From positions 1,824,001-1,888,000 of the forward strand of contig OY970223.1 of assembly GCA_963714015.1 (NCBI GenBank): DNA of 64,000 bases. Reading direction: 5' to 3'. The stretch is from Vulcanimicrobiota bacterium. GTDB taxonomy: Bacteria > Vulcanimicrobiota > Vulcanimicrobiia > Vulcanimicrobiales > Vulcanimicrobiaceae. A program made the position numbers and the translations under genes. Positions 30,975 to 41,077 of this stretch are shown piece after piece (within the stretch, counting starts at the first letter, position 1; every line of letters starts with the position of its first letter). The notes beneath the pieces are model-generated. The model saw only the letters and a program-made list of their open reading frames with translations, was not told the origin of the DNA and searched no databases.

Positions 30975-31938
30975 CGAGATCTTCGAAGAGCACCTGTACG
31001 GGCTGATCCGGGATTACCGCGGTTCGCGGCAAGTTTCGGACATGCTCTTTTACCATTTCGGCTATGGGCAGTACGGACCGGCGCGCAGCGGAAAGCGTTT
31101 GCGGCCACGGCTGCTGCTCAAAGTCGCCGAAGCGGAAGGGGCTCGCGTCGAAGATGCGCTGGATGCTGCCGCGGCGGTCGAGATTCTGCACAATTACTCC
31201 CTCGTTCATGACGACATCGAGGACGGCGACGAACTGCGTCACGGACGCAAAACGCTGTGGCACGTGTACGGCATTCCGCAAGCTCTGAACGCGGGCGACG
31301 CGCTTTGTGCAGTGAGTTTCCTCGTTTTAATGAAGGCCACCGCAAGACATTCGGACGAGCGCGTCCTGCGCATGGTGCGAGCGTTGCATGAAGCGCACGA
31401 AACCATGTGCGACGGTCAGTCGCTCGATCTCGCCTTCGAACGAGCGCAACGCGTGGATCTCCAAGAGTACCATCGCATGATCGGCGCTAAAACGGCGGCG
31501 CTCTTCGGCGCGTCGTCCGAACTCGGCGCCCTCTGCGCGCCGTGTGAGAGCGCAGACGTGCAGCGGTATCGCGATCTCGGCCGCGCGTACGGGCTTGCGT
31601 TCCAAATTCGCGACGACGTCCTGGGCGTGTGGGGCAGTTTGGAAGCGACCGGTAAAGTGCGCTGCAGCGACATCGCCCGGCGAAAATGGACGTTTCCGGT
31701 GGTATGGGCCCTCAGCGGGCAGGCCTCGCCCGCCCGCAGCCGGATCGAACAAGCGTATGCCGAGTCCAACCTGCTTGACGAAGCAGCCGTCTCTTCCGTA
31801 AAGGCTGCGCTGGATGAGGTGGGGGCCAAAGAGGCCGCAAACGCGGCAATTGCCGAACACCTCTCGGTCGTCGAGCGCCACCCGGTGGGCAGCGTTCGCG
31901 ACTTTTTGTTGAGTTCGCTGGAACTGGCGTCCTCGTAA
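30961..31938 (+). CDS. Polyprenyl (FPP/GGPP-type) diphosphate synthase
   Basis: 'GKRLRP', first Asp-rich motif 'NYSLVHDDIED' with Tyr at -5 (short-chain type), 'FQIRDD'. Confidence 0.92.
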   Translation: MIERNEIFEEHLYGLIRDYRGSRQVSDMLFYHFGYGQYGPARSGKRLRPRLLLKVAEAEGARVEDALDAAAAVEILHNYSLVHDDIEDGDELRHGRKTLWHVYGIPQALNAGDALCAVSFLVLMKATARHSDERVLRMVRALHEAHETMCDGQSLDLAFERAQRVDLQEYHRMIGAKTAALFGASSELGALCAPCESADVQRYRDLGRAYGLAFQIRDDVLGVWGSLEATGKVRCSDIARRKWTFPVVWALSGQASPARSRIEQAYAESNLLDEAAVSSVKAALDEVGAKEAANAAIAEHLSVVERHPVGSVRDFLLSSLELASS

Positions 31939-31961
31939 GGAGGACGGTCGGGAGAGACAAG

Positions 31962-34900
31962 TTGAGCACGACCAAAGCGGAACTGCAAAGCCCGATTCGC
32001 GCGCAAGCCCATACCGCTTCGACCACAACCTGGCTATGGCTGTTGATCGGGGCCGGCTTCGTCTTGCGCTTGATCTTCATGGGCAACGAGGGCTTCAAGG
32101 CCGACGTCGGTACGTTCGAAGCATGGTCGCTCACCCTCGCGAGCCACTCGTTCGCGCAGTTCTACGGATCGGCCGGCTTTGCGGATTATCCGCCCGGTTA
32201 TTTCTATGTCTTATGGGTCGTCGGGCACGTGTTCGCGGCGCTGCCGGCACACGGCGATTACACGTTGCTCAAGTATTTGGTGAAGTTGCCCGCGGTGCTC
32301 ATGGACCTCGCGGACGGTGCAATTCTCTACGCGATCGCGCGACGGTTTGCCTCAGATCGTTTCGCGCTGGGCGTTGCCGCACTGTTTCTTTTGAATCCGG
32401 CGATCATTTTCATCTCGGCGGCGTGGGGACAGGTCGATTCGATCTCGGCCGGACTCTCGCTCCTCGCGGTGTTTCTGATGCTTCGCTCGGACGAACGCGG
32501 CGGTACGGATATCGTGCTGGCGTGGCTCGCCCTCGCGTATTCGCTGCTGATCAAACCGCAGGCGGCGGTGCTCATTCCGCTTTTCATAGCATTTGCCTTA
32601 GTTCCGAATGCGAGAAGATCGATGCGGATGACGTATACCGGCGCAGGCGTCATTGCAGCGGTCGTTCTGGCTTTCGTGCTGACCGTGCCCTTTCATCCGT
32701 CAATCAATCCGGCGGACGTGTTCGGCTGGCTCTATCAGAAGTATGAATTCGGAAAGAACGTCTATGCTTACAACTCGGTAAACGCATTCAATCTGTGGAC
32801 AGCGATGCCGGGCAAGCGATTCTGGCAGCCCGATTCGCAATACATTGCGATGTTTCCGCAGTACGTCTGGGGCATGCTGCTCGTCGCCGCCGCGACCGTG
32901 ATCGTAATCGTGCGGTACGTCGCCGATCGCTCGGCGCAGGCGTTCGTAGAAGCGGCGGCGCTGTTGACGCTCTCGTTCTTCATGCTCGCGACGCGCATGC
33001 ACGAACGGTATATTTACGACGGCTTGCTTTTCACGATGGCCGCTGTTCCGGTCGCCCGGCGCTATTTTTGGGCGGCGATTGCATTTTCGTTCACCCTATT
33101 CATCAATCTGTTTTACTCGTTGAATTACGTAACGGTGGTTTCGGGAGGGGCTCCGGGCGTCGATCCGACCGATATCTGGCCGGCGGTGACGCATCCGCTC
33201 TCGATTTTGAACGTGGCCGTGTTCTTTTATCTCGGCTACGTGTTTTTGGGTCCTGCGGCTTCCGTCGAAGGGCGATCTTCAGCGGATGGCGTTGCCGCTG
33301 CGCCGGAGTCACCGCTGGCTTGGTTGAACCTGCGGCCGGCGCGGACGTGGTTCAACCCGCGCGAGGGCCTGGCGTCGATGGTTTGGCCGCTGGACTACCT
33401 GCTCGCCGGATCGTTCGGCGTCCTTTCCTTCCTCGTCTCGTTCGTCAATTATTGGCTCCCGAATAAAACGGACCAGTGCTGGTCGGTCGTTGCCGGCATT
33501 ACGCGTTGCGGCATCTTCGACGAGATTTACTTTGCGCGCGCGGCTGAAGAATACCTGACGGGCAAATACATCTACGAGAACACGCATCCGCCTCTCACGA
33601 AACTGATCATCACGCTCTCGACGATGATGTTCGGCGGAATGGCGCATGGCGACAGTACGTACGGATGGCGCTTTTTGGACGTCCTGTTCGGCGCAATTGC
33701 GATCGTCATACTGTATGCATTCGCAAGACGCTTGACGCGGTCGACGCTGTTTGCGTCGCTTGCCGCGATCCTGTTCATTGCGGACGGCATGCACTTCGTG
33801 CAGTCCCGCATCGCCACGCCCGAAGGGATCGTGGTAGTGTTTTCGCTCGGAACGCTCTATGCGTTTTACCGCTTCTGGATCGCCTCGCAGTCGACGACTC
33901 GCCGATACGAACCGCAAACGCTCATCCGTGCCGGCATCTGCGCCGGCGGCGGACTCCTCCTAGGATTTGTAAGCGGCGCGCTGGCCGCAACGCTGGCGGC
34001 GCCTCCGCATTCCACTGCGTCGTACATCGTTTCGGGTGTGTATTTCACTTTCGGCTGGTACTTGGTGCTGCGCTTGTGGGTGGTGCCTCGGCTGCTGCCG
34101 GCCGATGGCGAGTTCGTCGCGTATCCTGAGGGCAGCATCGCGATACGCAGCGCGAACGGCGCTATCTTGCACACGCCCGACGGCGGAGAAGCCTCGCCCG
34201 AGCGAAAGGCGCCGCGCGCGGGACGCGTCAGCCGGGTGAACAAAGGCGAACTGGTTTTCAAAGAAGAGCAAGCGACGATAACGTACGGACGGGATCTATC
34301 CGTGGCCTATGCCACCCCTGAAGGAAGCGCAACGTATACGCCCGGCGTGGTGATCGACGATATGGGCGAGAAGCAAGAGGGGCGCCATGCAACTGCGTGG
34401 CTGATTGCCTTTACCTTGCTGCTGGGCGCGCTCGTTGCGAGCAAATGGTATGGCGTAATGGCGTACGGCGTTTCCTTCGTCGTGATTGCTTACGTTTGGC
34501 TGCAGCGTTATCTTCAGGAAGGCAGGACCAAACACTGGGGCAGCCCCTTCGGCTTCCGCCTGGACGTTGCAGCCGCCGCGATTGTGTTCTTGAGCATGAG
34601 CGTGTACATCTGCGTGTGGATCCCGGATTTCTTCCGGCACATCGAGATCAAGAACGTCACCGATCTGGTGTACCGGCAGTACACGATGTTCGAGTATCAT
34701 GACACGCTCAAAGCAACGCATCCGTACCAGTCGGCCTGGTGGCAGTGGCCGCTGGATCTGCGCCCTATCGCTTATTACTGGAAAGACTTGCGCGGAGCAG
34801 TACAGGCCAGCAACCCGAACGCATGCTGCGTGGCCGAGGTGATTTCGTTACCCAATCCGCTGATTCTGTGGTTCGGCCTGCTTTGCGTGCCCCTCGTCGG

Positions 34901-35240
34901 ATACTTGGCATGGCGGGAGAAGAACAAAGGCTATGCGCTTCTCGTGGTAGCGTACATTTTGCAGTGGGTGCCGTGGGCGCGTTCCCCCCGCATCACGTTC
35001 GCCTATCATTTTTACGTAGACATTCCGATCATCGTGCTCTGCAACGTCATCATCCTCCAGCGCATCTGGAACGGGCATTTTCGCGAGGAGCGCCAGCAAC
35101 TTCTCGCGCGCATTGCTGTGGGCGCATACGGTGCCGCAGTCGTTTTGGCATTCATCTGGTTTTATCCCATCTTGGCCGGCGTTCCGCTCATTTGGAGCCA
35201 TTGGAACGCCCGCATGTGGCTAGGAAGTCGCTGGGTGTAG
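31962..35240 (+). CDS. Double GT-C glycosyltransferase fusion (GT87/PIG-M-like + PMT/GT39-like)
   Basis: N half 'DYPPGY', 'WGQVDS', 'KPQ', 'MHERY'; C half 'FDEIYF', 'HPPLTK', 'SKW', 'HPYQSAWWQWPL'. Confidence 0.88.
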   Translation: MSTTKAELQSPIRAQAHTASTTTWLWLLIGAGFVLRLIFMGNEGFKADVGTFEAWSLTLASHSFAQFYGSAGFADYPPGYFYVLWVVGHVFAALPAHGDYTLLKYLVKLPAVLMDLADGAILYAIARRFASDRFALGVAALFLLNPAIIFISAAWGQVDSISAGLSLLAVFLMLRSDERGGTDIVLAWLALAYSLLIKPQAAVLIPLFIAFALVPNARRSMRMTYTGAGVIAAVVLAFVLTVPFHPSINPADVFGWLYQKYEFGKNVYAYNSVNAFNLWTAMPGKRFWQPDSQYIAMFPQYVWGMLLVAAATVIVIVRYVADRSAQAFVEAAALLTLSFFMLATRMHERYIYDGLLFTMAAVPVARRYFWAAIAFSFTLFINLFYSLNYVTVVSGGAPGVDPTDIWPAVTHPLSILNVAVFFYLGYVFLGPAASVEGRSSADGVAAAPESPLAWLNLRPARTWFNPREGLASMVWPLDYLLAGSFGVLSFLVSFVNYWLPNKTDQCWSVVAGITRCGIFDEIYFARAAEEYLTGKYIYENTHPPLTKLIITLSTMMFGGMAHGDSTYGWRFLDVLFGAIAIVILYAFARRLTRSTLFASLAAILFIADGMHFVQSRIATPEGIVVVFSLGTLYAFYRFWIASQSTTRRYEPQTLIRAGICAGGGLLLGFVSGALAATLAAPPHSTASYIVSGVYFTFGWYLVLRLWVVPRLLPADGEFVAYPEGSIAIRSANGAILHTPDGGEASPERKAPRAGRVSRVNKGELVFKEEQATITYGRDLSVAYATPEGSATYTPGVVIDDMGEKQEGRHATAWLIAFTLLLGALVASKWYGVMAYGVSFVVIAYVWLQRYLQEGRTKHWGSPFGFRLDVAAAAIVFLSMSVYICVWIPDFFRHIEIKNVTDLVYRQYTMFEYHDTLKATHPYQSAWWQWPLDLRPIAYYWKDLRGAVQASNPNACCVAEVISLPNPLILWFGLLCVPLVGYLAWREKNKGYALLVVAYILQWVPWARSPRITFAYHFYVDIPIIVLCNVIILQRIWNGHFREERQQLLARIAVGAYGAAVVLAFIWFYPILAGVPLIWSHWNARMWLGSRWV

Positions 35241-35258
35241 GAGAAAGCGGAGCACCAA

Positions 35259-36002
35259 ATGTCCGGTCATTCGAAGTGGCACAATATCCGCCTGAAGAAG
35301 GGCAAAGTCGATGCGCAGCGCGGCGCCCTCTTCACCAAACTGAGCAAAGAGATCATCATCGCGGCCAAATCGGGTTCGTCGGACCCGGAGGCAAACTATC
35401 GCTTGAAAATGGCGGTAGAAAAGGCGCGCGAAAACAACATGCCGCAGGACAATATCAAACGCGCGATCGCGCGGGGTGCCGGCGGAGCGGGTGAAAAAGA
35501 GATCGAGGAAATCCGCTACGAGGGGTACGGACCGCATGGTGTCGCCGTAGTGGTTGACGCTGCGACGGATAATCGCAATCGCACCGCCGGAGAACTGCGG
35601 TTCATGTTCAGTAAGTACGGGGGCACGATGGGCGAGACCGGAAGCGTCGGGTGGATGTTCGATCCGGTCGGAATCATCGTGGTCGACCCGCAGGGGCGTT
35701 CGGAAGACGCGGTCACCGAAGCGGCGCTCGTGAACGGCGTCCTCGATTTGGAGTACGGGGAGCCGACGGAGATTTATACGGAACCCACACTTCTGGCCGA
35801 AGCGCGCGATGCTTTGCGCGCGGGCGGCCTGAAGATTTCGGATGCATATTTGGGCGTTCGCGCGAAACAAAAAGTTGCGCCGCAAGGCGAGCAGCTGACC
35901 GAAGCGTTGAACTTTTTGGAAGCGCTCGACGAACACGAAGACGTACAGCGAGTTTTTTCCAACCTGGACGTGTCCGAGGCGGCGCTCGAGGCACTGGCTT
36001 AG
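35259..36002 (+). CDS. yebC: YebC/PmpR family protein
   Basis: 'MSGHSKWHNI', 'YEGYGP.GVA', 'TDNRNRT'. Confidence 0.97.
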   Translation: MSGHSKWHNIRLKKGKVDAQRGALFTKLSKEIIIAAKSGSSDPEANYRLKMAVEKARENNMPQDNIKRAIARGAGGAGEKEIEEIRYEGYGPHGVAVVVDAATDNRNRTAGELRFMFSKYGGTMGETGSVGWMFDPVGIIVVDPQGRSEDAVTEAALVNGVLDLEYGEPTEIYTEPTLLAEARDALRAGGLKISDAYLGVRAKQKVAPQGEQLTEALNFLEALDEHEDVQRVFSNLDVSEAALEALA

Positions 36003-37078
36003 TGGCTGACCTCGCGCGCCGTAAAATGAACGCAATCGAGCGCTACATTCCAAAGGACTGGGTCTTTCCGATCGTCTTTGCAGCGTTCGTGGGCGTGCTG
36101 GTTTGGTTCGGACATTCGATTCAGCAGTTCTTGCTGCCGGGACCGAATACCGTAACCGTTCCGTCATTCGTCGGGATGGCGCAGCCCGACGCGCAGAACG
36201 AGATCGCGCGCATGAACTTGAAGTCGACGATCGCGGGTCACGCCAGCAGCGCGCAATACCCGAAGGGCGTCGTGATGAATCAGGAACCGCAGTCGGGAAT
36301 GCGGGTTCGCGCCGGACGGGAGATTTCGCTCGTCATCAGCGACGGGACGCAGACGATCCTGATGCCGGACGTGCGCTATCAATCGGTGCGGGACGCGAAG
36401 CTGGACCTTTCACATTCACGGCTGCTCGTGACGAAAACGCAGTACGTGCGCAACGACGACATTCCGCCGGATCACGTGATTTCGCAGAACCCCGACCCGG
36501 GGGTAAGCGTGACCGAAGGGACCAACGTCTCGCTGCTGGTCAGCAAGGGCGGGATCACCTCGATCAAGGTTCCAAACTTTGCCGGAATGACGATCGACGA
36601 AGCGCGCGGGCTCGCGAGCGACCTGCACGTCAAACTCGGCCAAGTCGTCTGGACGCCGCTGGGGAAGAACGGTCCGCCGCACGGACAAGTGGTGCGTCAA
36701 AAACCGGACGCGGGAGAGACGATCGGTCCATACGACGTCGTCTCACTCGACGTTAGCGCGGGTCCGAACGAATCGGGCTACATCATTCACCAAACTCACG
36801 TGCTGGCGGCGGTGCCGCCGGCGGAGAATGGACAGAACAATGCGCTGCACGTGCGGTTTTCGGTCAGCGATGCAACCGGAAAATACGACCTGTACGATGG
36901 ATACGCGCAGCCCGGTCAAAAATTCGACTTCAACGTGACGACGATCGGCACGTCGGCGATTTATTTCTTCGTCAACGACACGCTGCTCGGTGAAACCAAA
37001 GTTGGCCAGGAACCGCCGAATGCTTACGGCGGCACCGGCTCGAGCAAAGGCGGTCCATCCGTCGAGGCGACGCCTTGA
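36002..37078 (+). CDS. Single-TM, three-PASTA-domain protein without a kinase domain
   Basis: One TM, then 'VPSFVG..Q.P..G', 'MPDVRY..SQNPDPG', 'VPNFAG..RQKPDAG'; start either GTG 36002 or ATG 36026. Confidence 0.88.
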   Translation: MADLARRKMNAIERYIPKDWVFPIVFAAFVGVLVWFGHSIQQFLLPGPNTVTVPSFVGMAQPDAQNEIARMNLKSTIAGHASSAQYPKGVVMNQEPQSGMRVRAGREISLVISDGTQTILMPDVRYQSVRDAKLDLSHSRLLVTKTQYVRNDDIPPDHVISQNPDPGVSVTEGTNVSLLVSKGGITSIKVPNFAGMTIDEARGLASDLHVKLGQVVWTPLGKNGPPHGQVVRQKPDAGETIGPYDVVSLDVSAGPNESGYIIHQTHVLAAVPPAENGQNNALHVRFSVSDATGKYDLYDGYAQPGQKFDFNVTTIGTSAIYFFVNDTLLGETKVGQEPPNAYGGTGSSKGGPSVEATP

Positions 37079-37746
37079 GCGCGCGTATAGCGCCCTCGGT
37101 GCTTTCGGCGGATTTTTCGAAGATCGTCGAGGAGATCGCTGCGGTCGAGCGCGGCGGTGCGGATCGCGTGCACTTAGACGTCATGGACGGGCGCTTCGTT
37201 CCGAACATCACCTGGGGACCGAAGGTTATCGCCGATCTACGCGCCCATACGCGTCTTCCGTTCGACTGCCATCTGATGATCGTGGAACCTGAACGTTATG
37301 TCGAAGCTTTTCGCGATGCGGGGGCGGATTGTATCACGTTTCATCTCGAAGCGACGAACCACGCGCAGCGGCTGCTGGCTCATATACGCGGAATTGGTGC
37401 AAAGGCTGGGATCTCGATTTGCCCGCAAACGCCGGTTTCGATGCTTGCCGATCTGATCGAAGACGTCGATTTGATTTTGGTCATGAGCGTGAATCCCGGA
37501 TTCGGCGGCCAGCGGTTCATCGTACATGCGCTCGAGAAGATTCGTCAGGCGCGCGATCTGGTTGCGGGCGCCGGTGTCCCATGCGAGATTGAAGTGGATG
37601 GCGGCGTGACGCTGGAGAACGCCGGGCAGATTGCCTCAGCCGGAGCCGACGTTTTGGTGGCCGGTTCGGCGATATTCGAGACCCGGGACCCCGCAGAGAC
37701 GACGCGCGCGTTTTGCCGGGCCGTCGACGGAGTGCCCGCTCGCTGA
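37075..37746 (+). CDS. rpe: Ribulose-phosphate 3-epimerase
   Basis: 'IAPSVLSADF', 'HLDVMDGRFVPN', 'MSVNPGFGGQ', 'VDGG'. Confidence 0.98.
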   Translation: MSARIAPSVLSADFSKIVEEIAAVERGGADRVHLDVMDGRFVPNITWGPKVIADLRAHTRLPFDCHLMIVEPERYVEAFRDAGADCITFHLEATNHAQRLLAHIRGIGAKAGISICPQTPVSMLADLIEDVDLILVMSVNPGFGGQRFIVHALEKIRQARDLVAGAGVPCEIEVDGGVTLENAGQIASAGADVLVAGSAIFETRDPAETTRAFCRAVDGVPAR

Positions 37747-38756
37747 GTCGATCGCAATCGGAGGACGTTCTGGTCGCGCGTCTGCGCGAATTGATTGAAG
37801 CGCATCCCGGCAACGCGCGACTGCTCAATCGAATCGGCGACGACGCTGCGCTTTGGCAGCCGTCGCGCTCGCATCGCAGCGTCATCACGAGCGACGTGCT
37901 GGTGGAGGAACGCCACTTCCGCCGCGACACGATGCGATTGCGCGACGTCGGCATACGCGCAATGGCGGCGAACTTGAGCGATCTGGCAGCGATGGGCGCG
38001 CGTCCCGTGCTGGCGACTGTGGCGCTAGGCGTACCCACGGACGTTTCGTTCGAGGACGTCCTCGAACTCTACGGCGGGATACTCGAACTCTGCGAGCGGC
38101 ATCGCTGCGCACTGGCCGGTGGCGATTTGAGCGGGTCGGAGCGTCTTTTCATTGCGATAACCGCGGTCGGTGAAGTTCGGCCTTCGAACGTGAAGGGCCG
38201 TAGCGGAGCTCGGCCGAGCGACGTGGCGGCCGTGACCGGTCCGCTGGGTGCGAGCCGGGCGGGGCTAATGCTTTCCCGGAATGCCGGGATGCTGGCCGGC
38301 GAGTTGCAAGAAGAAGCCGTTGCCGCACATTGCCGGCCACGACCGCGGATCGCGGAGGGGCGTTGGCTTGCGGCGAGCGGAAATGTGCATGCCATGATGG
38401 ATATCTCCGACGGGCTGTCGACGGATTTGGCGCGCATGTCGTCGGCATCGCAGTGCGGAGCCGTCATTACCGGCATTCCCCTCGCAGCGAGCGCCGTGGC
38501 GGCCGCGCGCGCGATCGGCGAAGAATCCGAGCAGTTCGCACTGGCCGGCGGTGAGGATTTCGAATTGCTGGCTGCGATCGACGCGCGCGCATTCCGGTAT
38601 CTTGCCGGACGTTTTCAGAAGCGCTTCGGGCGCCCGCTTTTTCAAGTCGGCGTTTTTGACCGCAACGCCGGCGTACGTCTCTGCCGGAACGGGCAAGAAG
38701 AGTTGCTCAAAGGATCCGGCTGGGATCACTTCTCGGATCGACCGGCGGCGCGATGA
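37743..38756 (+). CDS. thiL: Thiamine-monophosphate kinase (start approximate)
   Basis: 'IGDDAA', 'NLSDLAAMGA.P', 'GGD', 'DISDGL', 'GGEDFEL'. Confidence 0.94.
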   Translation: MSRSQSEDVLVARLRELIEAHPGNARLLNRIGDDAALWQPSRSHRSVITSDVLVEERHFRRDTMRLRDVGIRAMAANLSDLAAMGARPVLATVALGVPTDVSFEDVLELYGGILELCERHRCALAGGDLSGSERLFIAITAVGEVRPSNVKGRSGARPSDVAAVTGPLGASRAGLMLSRNAGMLAGELQEEAVAAHCRPRPRIAEGRWLAASGNVHAMMDISDGLSTDLARMSSASQCGAVITGIPLAASAVAAARAIGEESEQFALAGGEDFELLAAIDARAFRYLAGRFQKRFGRPLFQVGVFDRNAGVRLCRNGQEELLKGSGWDHFSDRPAAR

Positions 38757-39709
38757 CGAGCCCCGACCTTCCCAGACTTCCGCTGATCGGTTCCATTCAA
38801 AACACGGTCGGCATGGGATTCATCGGCAATCAAGCCGTATTTGCCGTAGCGAATGCGCTGGGCGCGCGCGTTGCCGCGGTCCCTACGTCGTACGCGAGTG
38901 CGCACGCGGGATTCCCCGGACGGGCGACGGCGAGCGTCGATCCGCAGCAGTTCGGCAAAGACGTCGCGTTTTTGGTCAGCCAACAGCCCGCCGTGCTCAT
39001 CGTCGGCTATGTCCCGCGTCCGAACCTGGCGGACATCATCGCAAACCAGCTCACGGATTACAAAGGCGTCGTTCTGCTGGATCCGGTGATCGGCCATTAC
39101 CAAAAAGGCCTGTACGTCACCGCCGAAACCGCGCGCGCCATCCGCGATTATTTGGTGCCGGCCGCGCAGATCGTCACGCCGAATCGCTTTGAAGCGGAAG
39201 TGCTGTTGGGAATGTCCGCCGGAGATTCGGTCACGGAGTACGCATTTCTGAACGGCATCTTCGATTTGGGACCCCAGGCGGTTATCGTGACGTCGTTCGA
39301 ACGCGAACCCGAGAAGCGCCGCATGAAGATGCTCTTCACCAACGGTTACACGTATTGCCGGATCGCGACGCCGTTCTATTCGACCTTTCCCGCGCACGGT
39401 GCCGGGGATGTGTTTGCCGCCGGCGTAGGTGCGCTTGTGGCGATGGGCGGCTCGCCGTTTGCCGGCGCACTTTTGAGCGCGGCGCTCTGCGCCCGCGCGG
39501 TTGCGAATACGACGCACTACGGGGGCGATTGCGTCGATCCGGTGGCCGCGCTGGAGAAATGGAAGCCGGCCGGGTATCAATTTGAAGACGAACGCGCGAT
39601 GCAGTTCGTTCGCGCCACGAACGTGGAAGCGGAACTGATCAAGCCGAGCCAAGACGACGGCGCGCGCCTGAAGTTTGCTCCGCCGAAGAACAAGATTATC
39701 TACGGCTAA
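38753..39709 (+). CDS. Pyridoxal/HMP kinase-like ribokinase-family protein
   Basis: 'LDPVIG', 'TPNRFEAE', 'HGAGDVF'; divergent N-terminus and C-terminal extension. Confidence 0.8.
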   Translation: MTSPDLPRLPLIGSIQNTVGMGFIGNQAVFAVANALGARVAAVPTSYASAHAGFPGRATASVDPQQFGKDVAFLVSQQPAVLIVGYVPRPNLADIIANQLTDYKGVVLLDPVIGHYQKGLYVTAETARAIRDYLVPAAQIVTPNRFEAEVLLGMSAGDSVTEYAFLNGIFDLGPQAVIVTSFEREPEKRRMKMLFTNGYTYCRIATPFYSTFPAHGAGDVFAAGVGALVAMGGSPFAGALLSAALCARAVANTTHYGGDCVDPVAALEKWKPAGYQFEDERAMQFVRATNVEAELIKPSQDDGARLKFAPPKNKIIYG

Positions 39710-40140
39710 TGTTCAGTCCGCTGCAGATTGAGATCGGAGCGACGGAGCGGCCACCGCGGCTGATGCTCGAGGTGCTGGATTACGAGCATCCCGAGCGCGC
39801 GGAGCCCGCGAATTTGGATTTGCTGCAGTGCCGCATTACCGCGCACGCATTGCCGGTGGAAGCGACGTTCGAGTTGTCCATCGGGGTTTGGGAGCTGCTC
39901 GAGGTACGCGACTATTTGCAGAAGATCGTCAGCGGAAACGGACCCTCGCACAGCTTCAATTTGGCCGGAGGACTGCTTTCGCTATCCTTTGCGCCGTCGC
40001 GCCGCGGTCCCGTGCTCTGTGCCGTGCTGCTTAAGACGATCGACGCATCGCACGTGCGCCTCGAGTTTCTGATTACCCTTGAACCCCAGGACATCTCCCG
40101 CACGGTTTTTGACATGGCTCGCCTGGAGGCGGTTACTTAG
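39709..40140 (+). CDS. Hypothetical protein, WapI-like
   Basis: TAATG coupling to the upstream kinase; 'LEVLDYE.P', 'RLEFLITL' resemble WapI-type proteins. Confidence 0.55.
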   Translation: MFSPLQIEIGATERPPRLMLEVLDYEHPERAEPANLDLLQCRITAHALPVEATFELSIGVWELLEVRDYLQKIVSGNGPSHSFNLAGGLLSLSFAPSRRGPVLCAVLLKTIDASHVRLEFLITLEPQDISRTVFDMARLEAVT

Positions 40141-40177
40141 CCGGAACTCGCTCGTACGCTGCTGGACGGAATATCGG

Positions 40178-40978
40178 CTACTCGTCGATTTGTACGCCGA
40201 TGCCCGCGCCGACGTAGTTGAACGTCTGCGCAGGATTCCCGGTCAGAGCATGGCCGAGCTCGGCGTCAACCTCGAGGTGAGATCCGATCAGATGTTGGAT
40301 GCCGTAATCCACAAACGCCCGCCCTCCGGCATTCGGCGCGATTTTGCTTTGATAGACGTACTCGAAATACAATTGGTAATCGCGCGGGAACTGCCGTGTC
40401 GCTACGATTGAAGGCGTCCAGAGCGCATAACGCGCGAACGTCCCGGCTTCCGGCGAGCCGCTGGCCGATTCGAATGCTTGGGTTGTTCCGATACTGAATG
40501 AATTGGTCAGCGAACACGCTATATCGGCATTGGCGGTTGCGGTATATCCGCCCGCGGTGAATGCTTCGGAGCCGTTGGGCGTAGTGTACAGGCCGTCGAA
40601 TCCAAAGACGCAGCCGCTTTCGGGAGCGAGCTCGTATTTCAATCCAATTCCATTGTCTTGTAGGCCGGCCGCACCGTTTGCATTCGTTGTAGTCCGGTTT
40701 TGTGCAGGCCCGATAACGTCGAGTTCCAGGCGGGGCGCTACGCCGATGCGCGTAAAACTCTGAGGATACTGTTCAAGCGTTTCTCCCGAACCTTCCGCCT
40801 CTCGCTGATATCCCTCTTCGAACACGACTGTATGCGCCGCCACGGCACATGCGCTAAAGCCGACCGTCGGTCTGTTCAGCGTGGCCAGCAACCGCGCTTC
40901 TCCGCCGCACGGATCGGGCGTGGGAGCCGGCGATGGTGAGGACGCGGTCAGCAAAGCCGTCGCGATCAAGGCGAGCAT
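40178..40978 (-). CDS. Putative outer-membrane beta-barrel 'transporter' (Phenol_MetA_deg-like)
   Basis: Signal peptide, 'NRPT', alternating beta strands, C-terminal 'YVGAGIGVQI'. Confidence 0.7.
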   Translation of the reverse strand: MLALIATALLTASSPSPAPTPDPCGGEARLLATLNRPTVGFSACAVAAHTVVFEEGYQREAEGSGETLEQYPQSFTRIGVAPRLELDVIGPAQNRTTTNANGAAGLQDNGIGLKYELAPESGCVFGFDGLYTTPNGSEAFTAGGYTATANADIACSLTNSFSIGTTQAFESASGSPEAGTFARYALWTPSIVATRQFPRDYQLYFEYVYQSKIAPNAGGRAFVDYGIQHLIGSHLEVDAELGHALTGNPAQTFNYVGAGIGVQIDE

Positions 40979-41034
40979 GCGTACCTAATGCAATTTTCAG
41001 CCGCCGACCCCTACGTGCCGAATTCGAGGAGCGA

Positions 41035-41077
41035 AACTAAAAACATAGTTGACCGCCGGCATCCTGCGTGGTATGGT
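41035..41077 (+). promoter_or_regulatory. Sigma70-type promoter overlapped by a palindromic operator
   Basis: AACTAA-AAAC-ATAGTT (41035-50); TTGACC (41049-54), 17-nt spacer, TG-n-TATGGT (41072-77). Confidence 0.65.
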
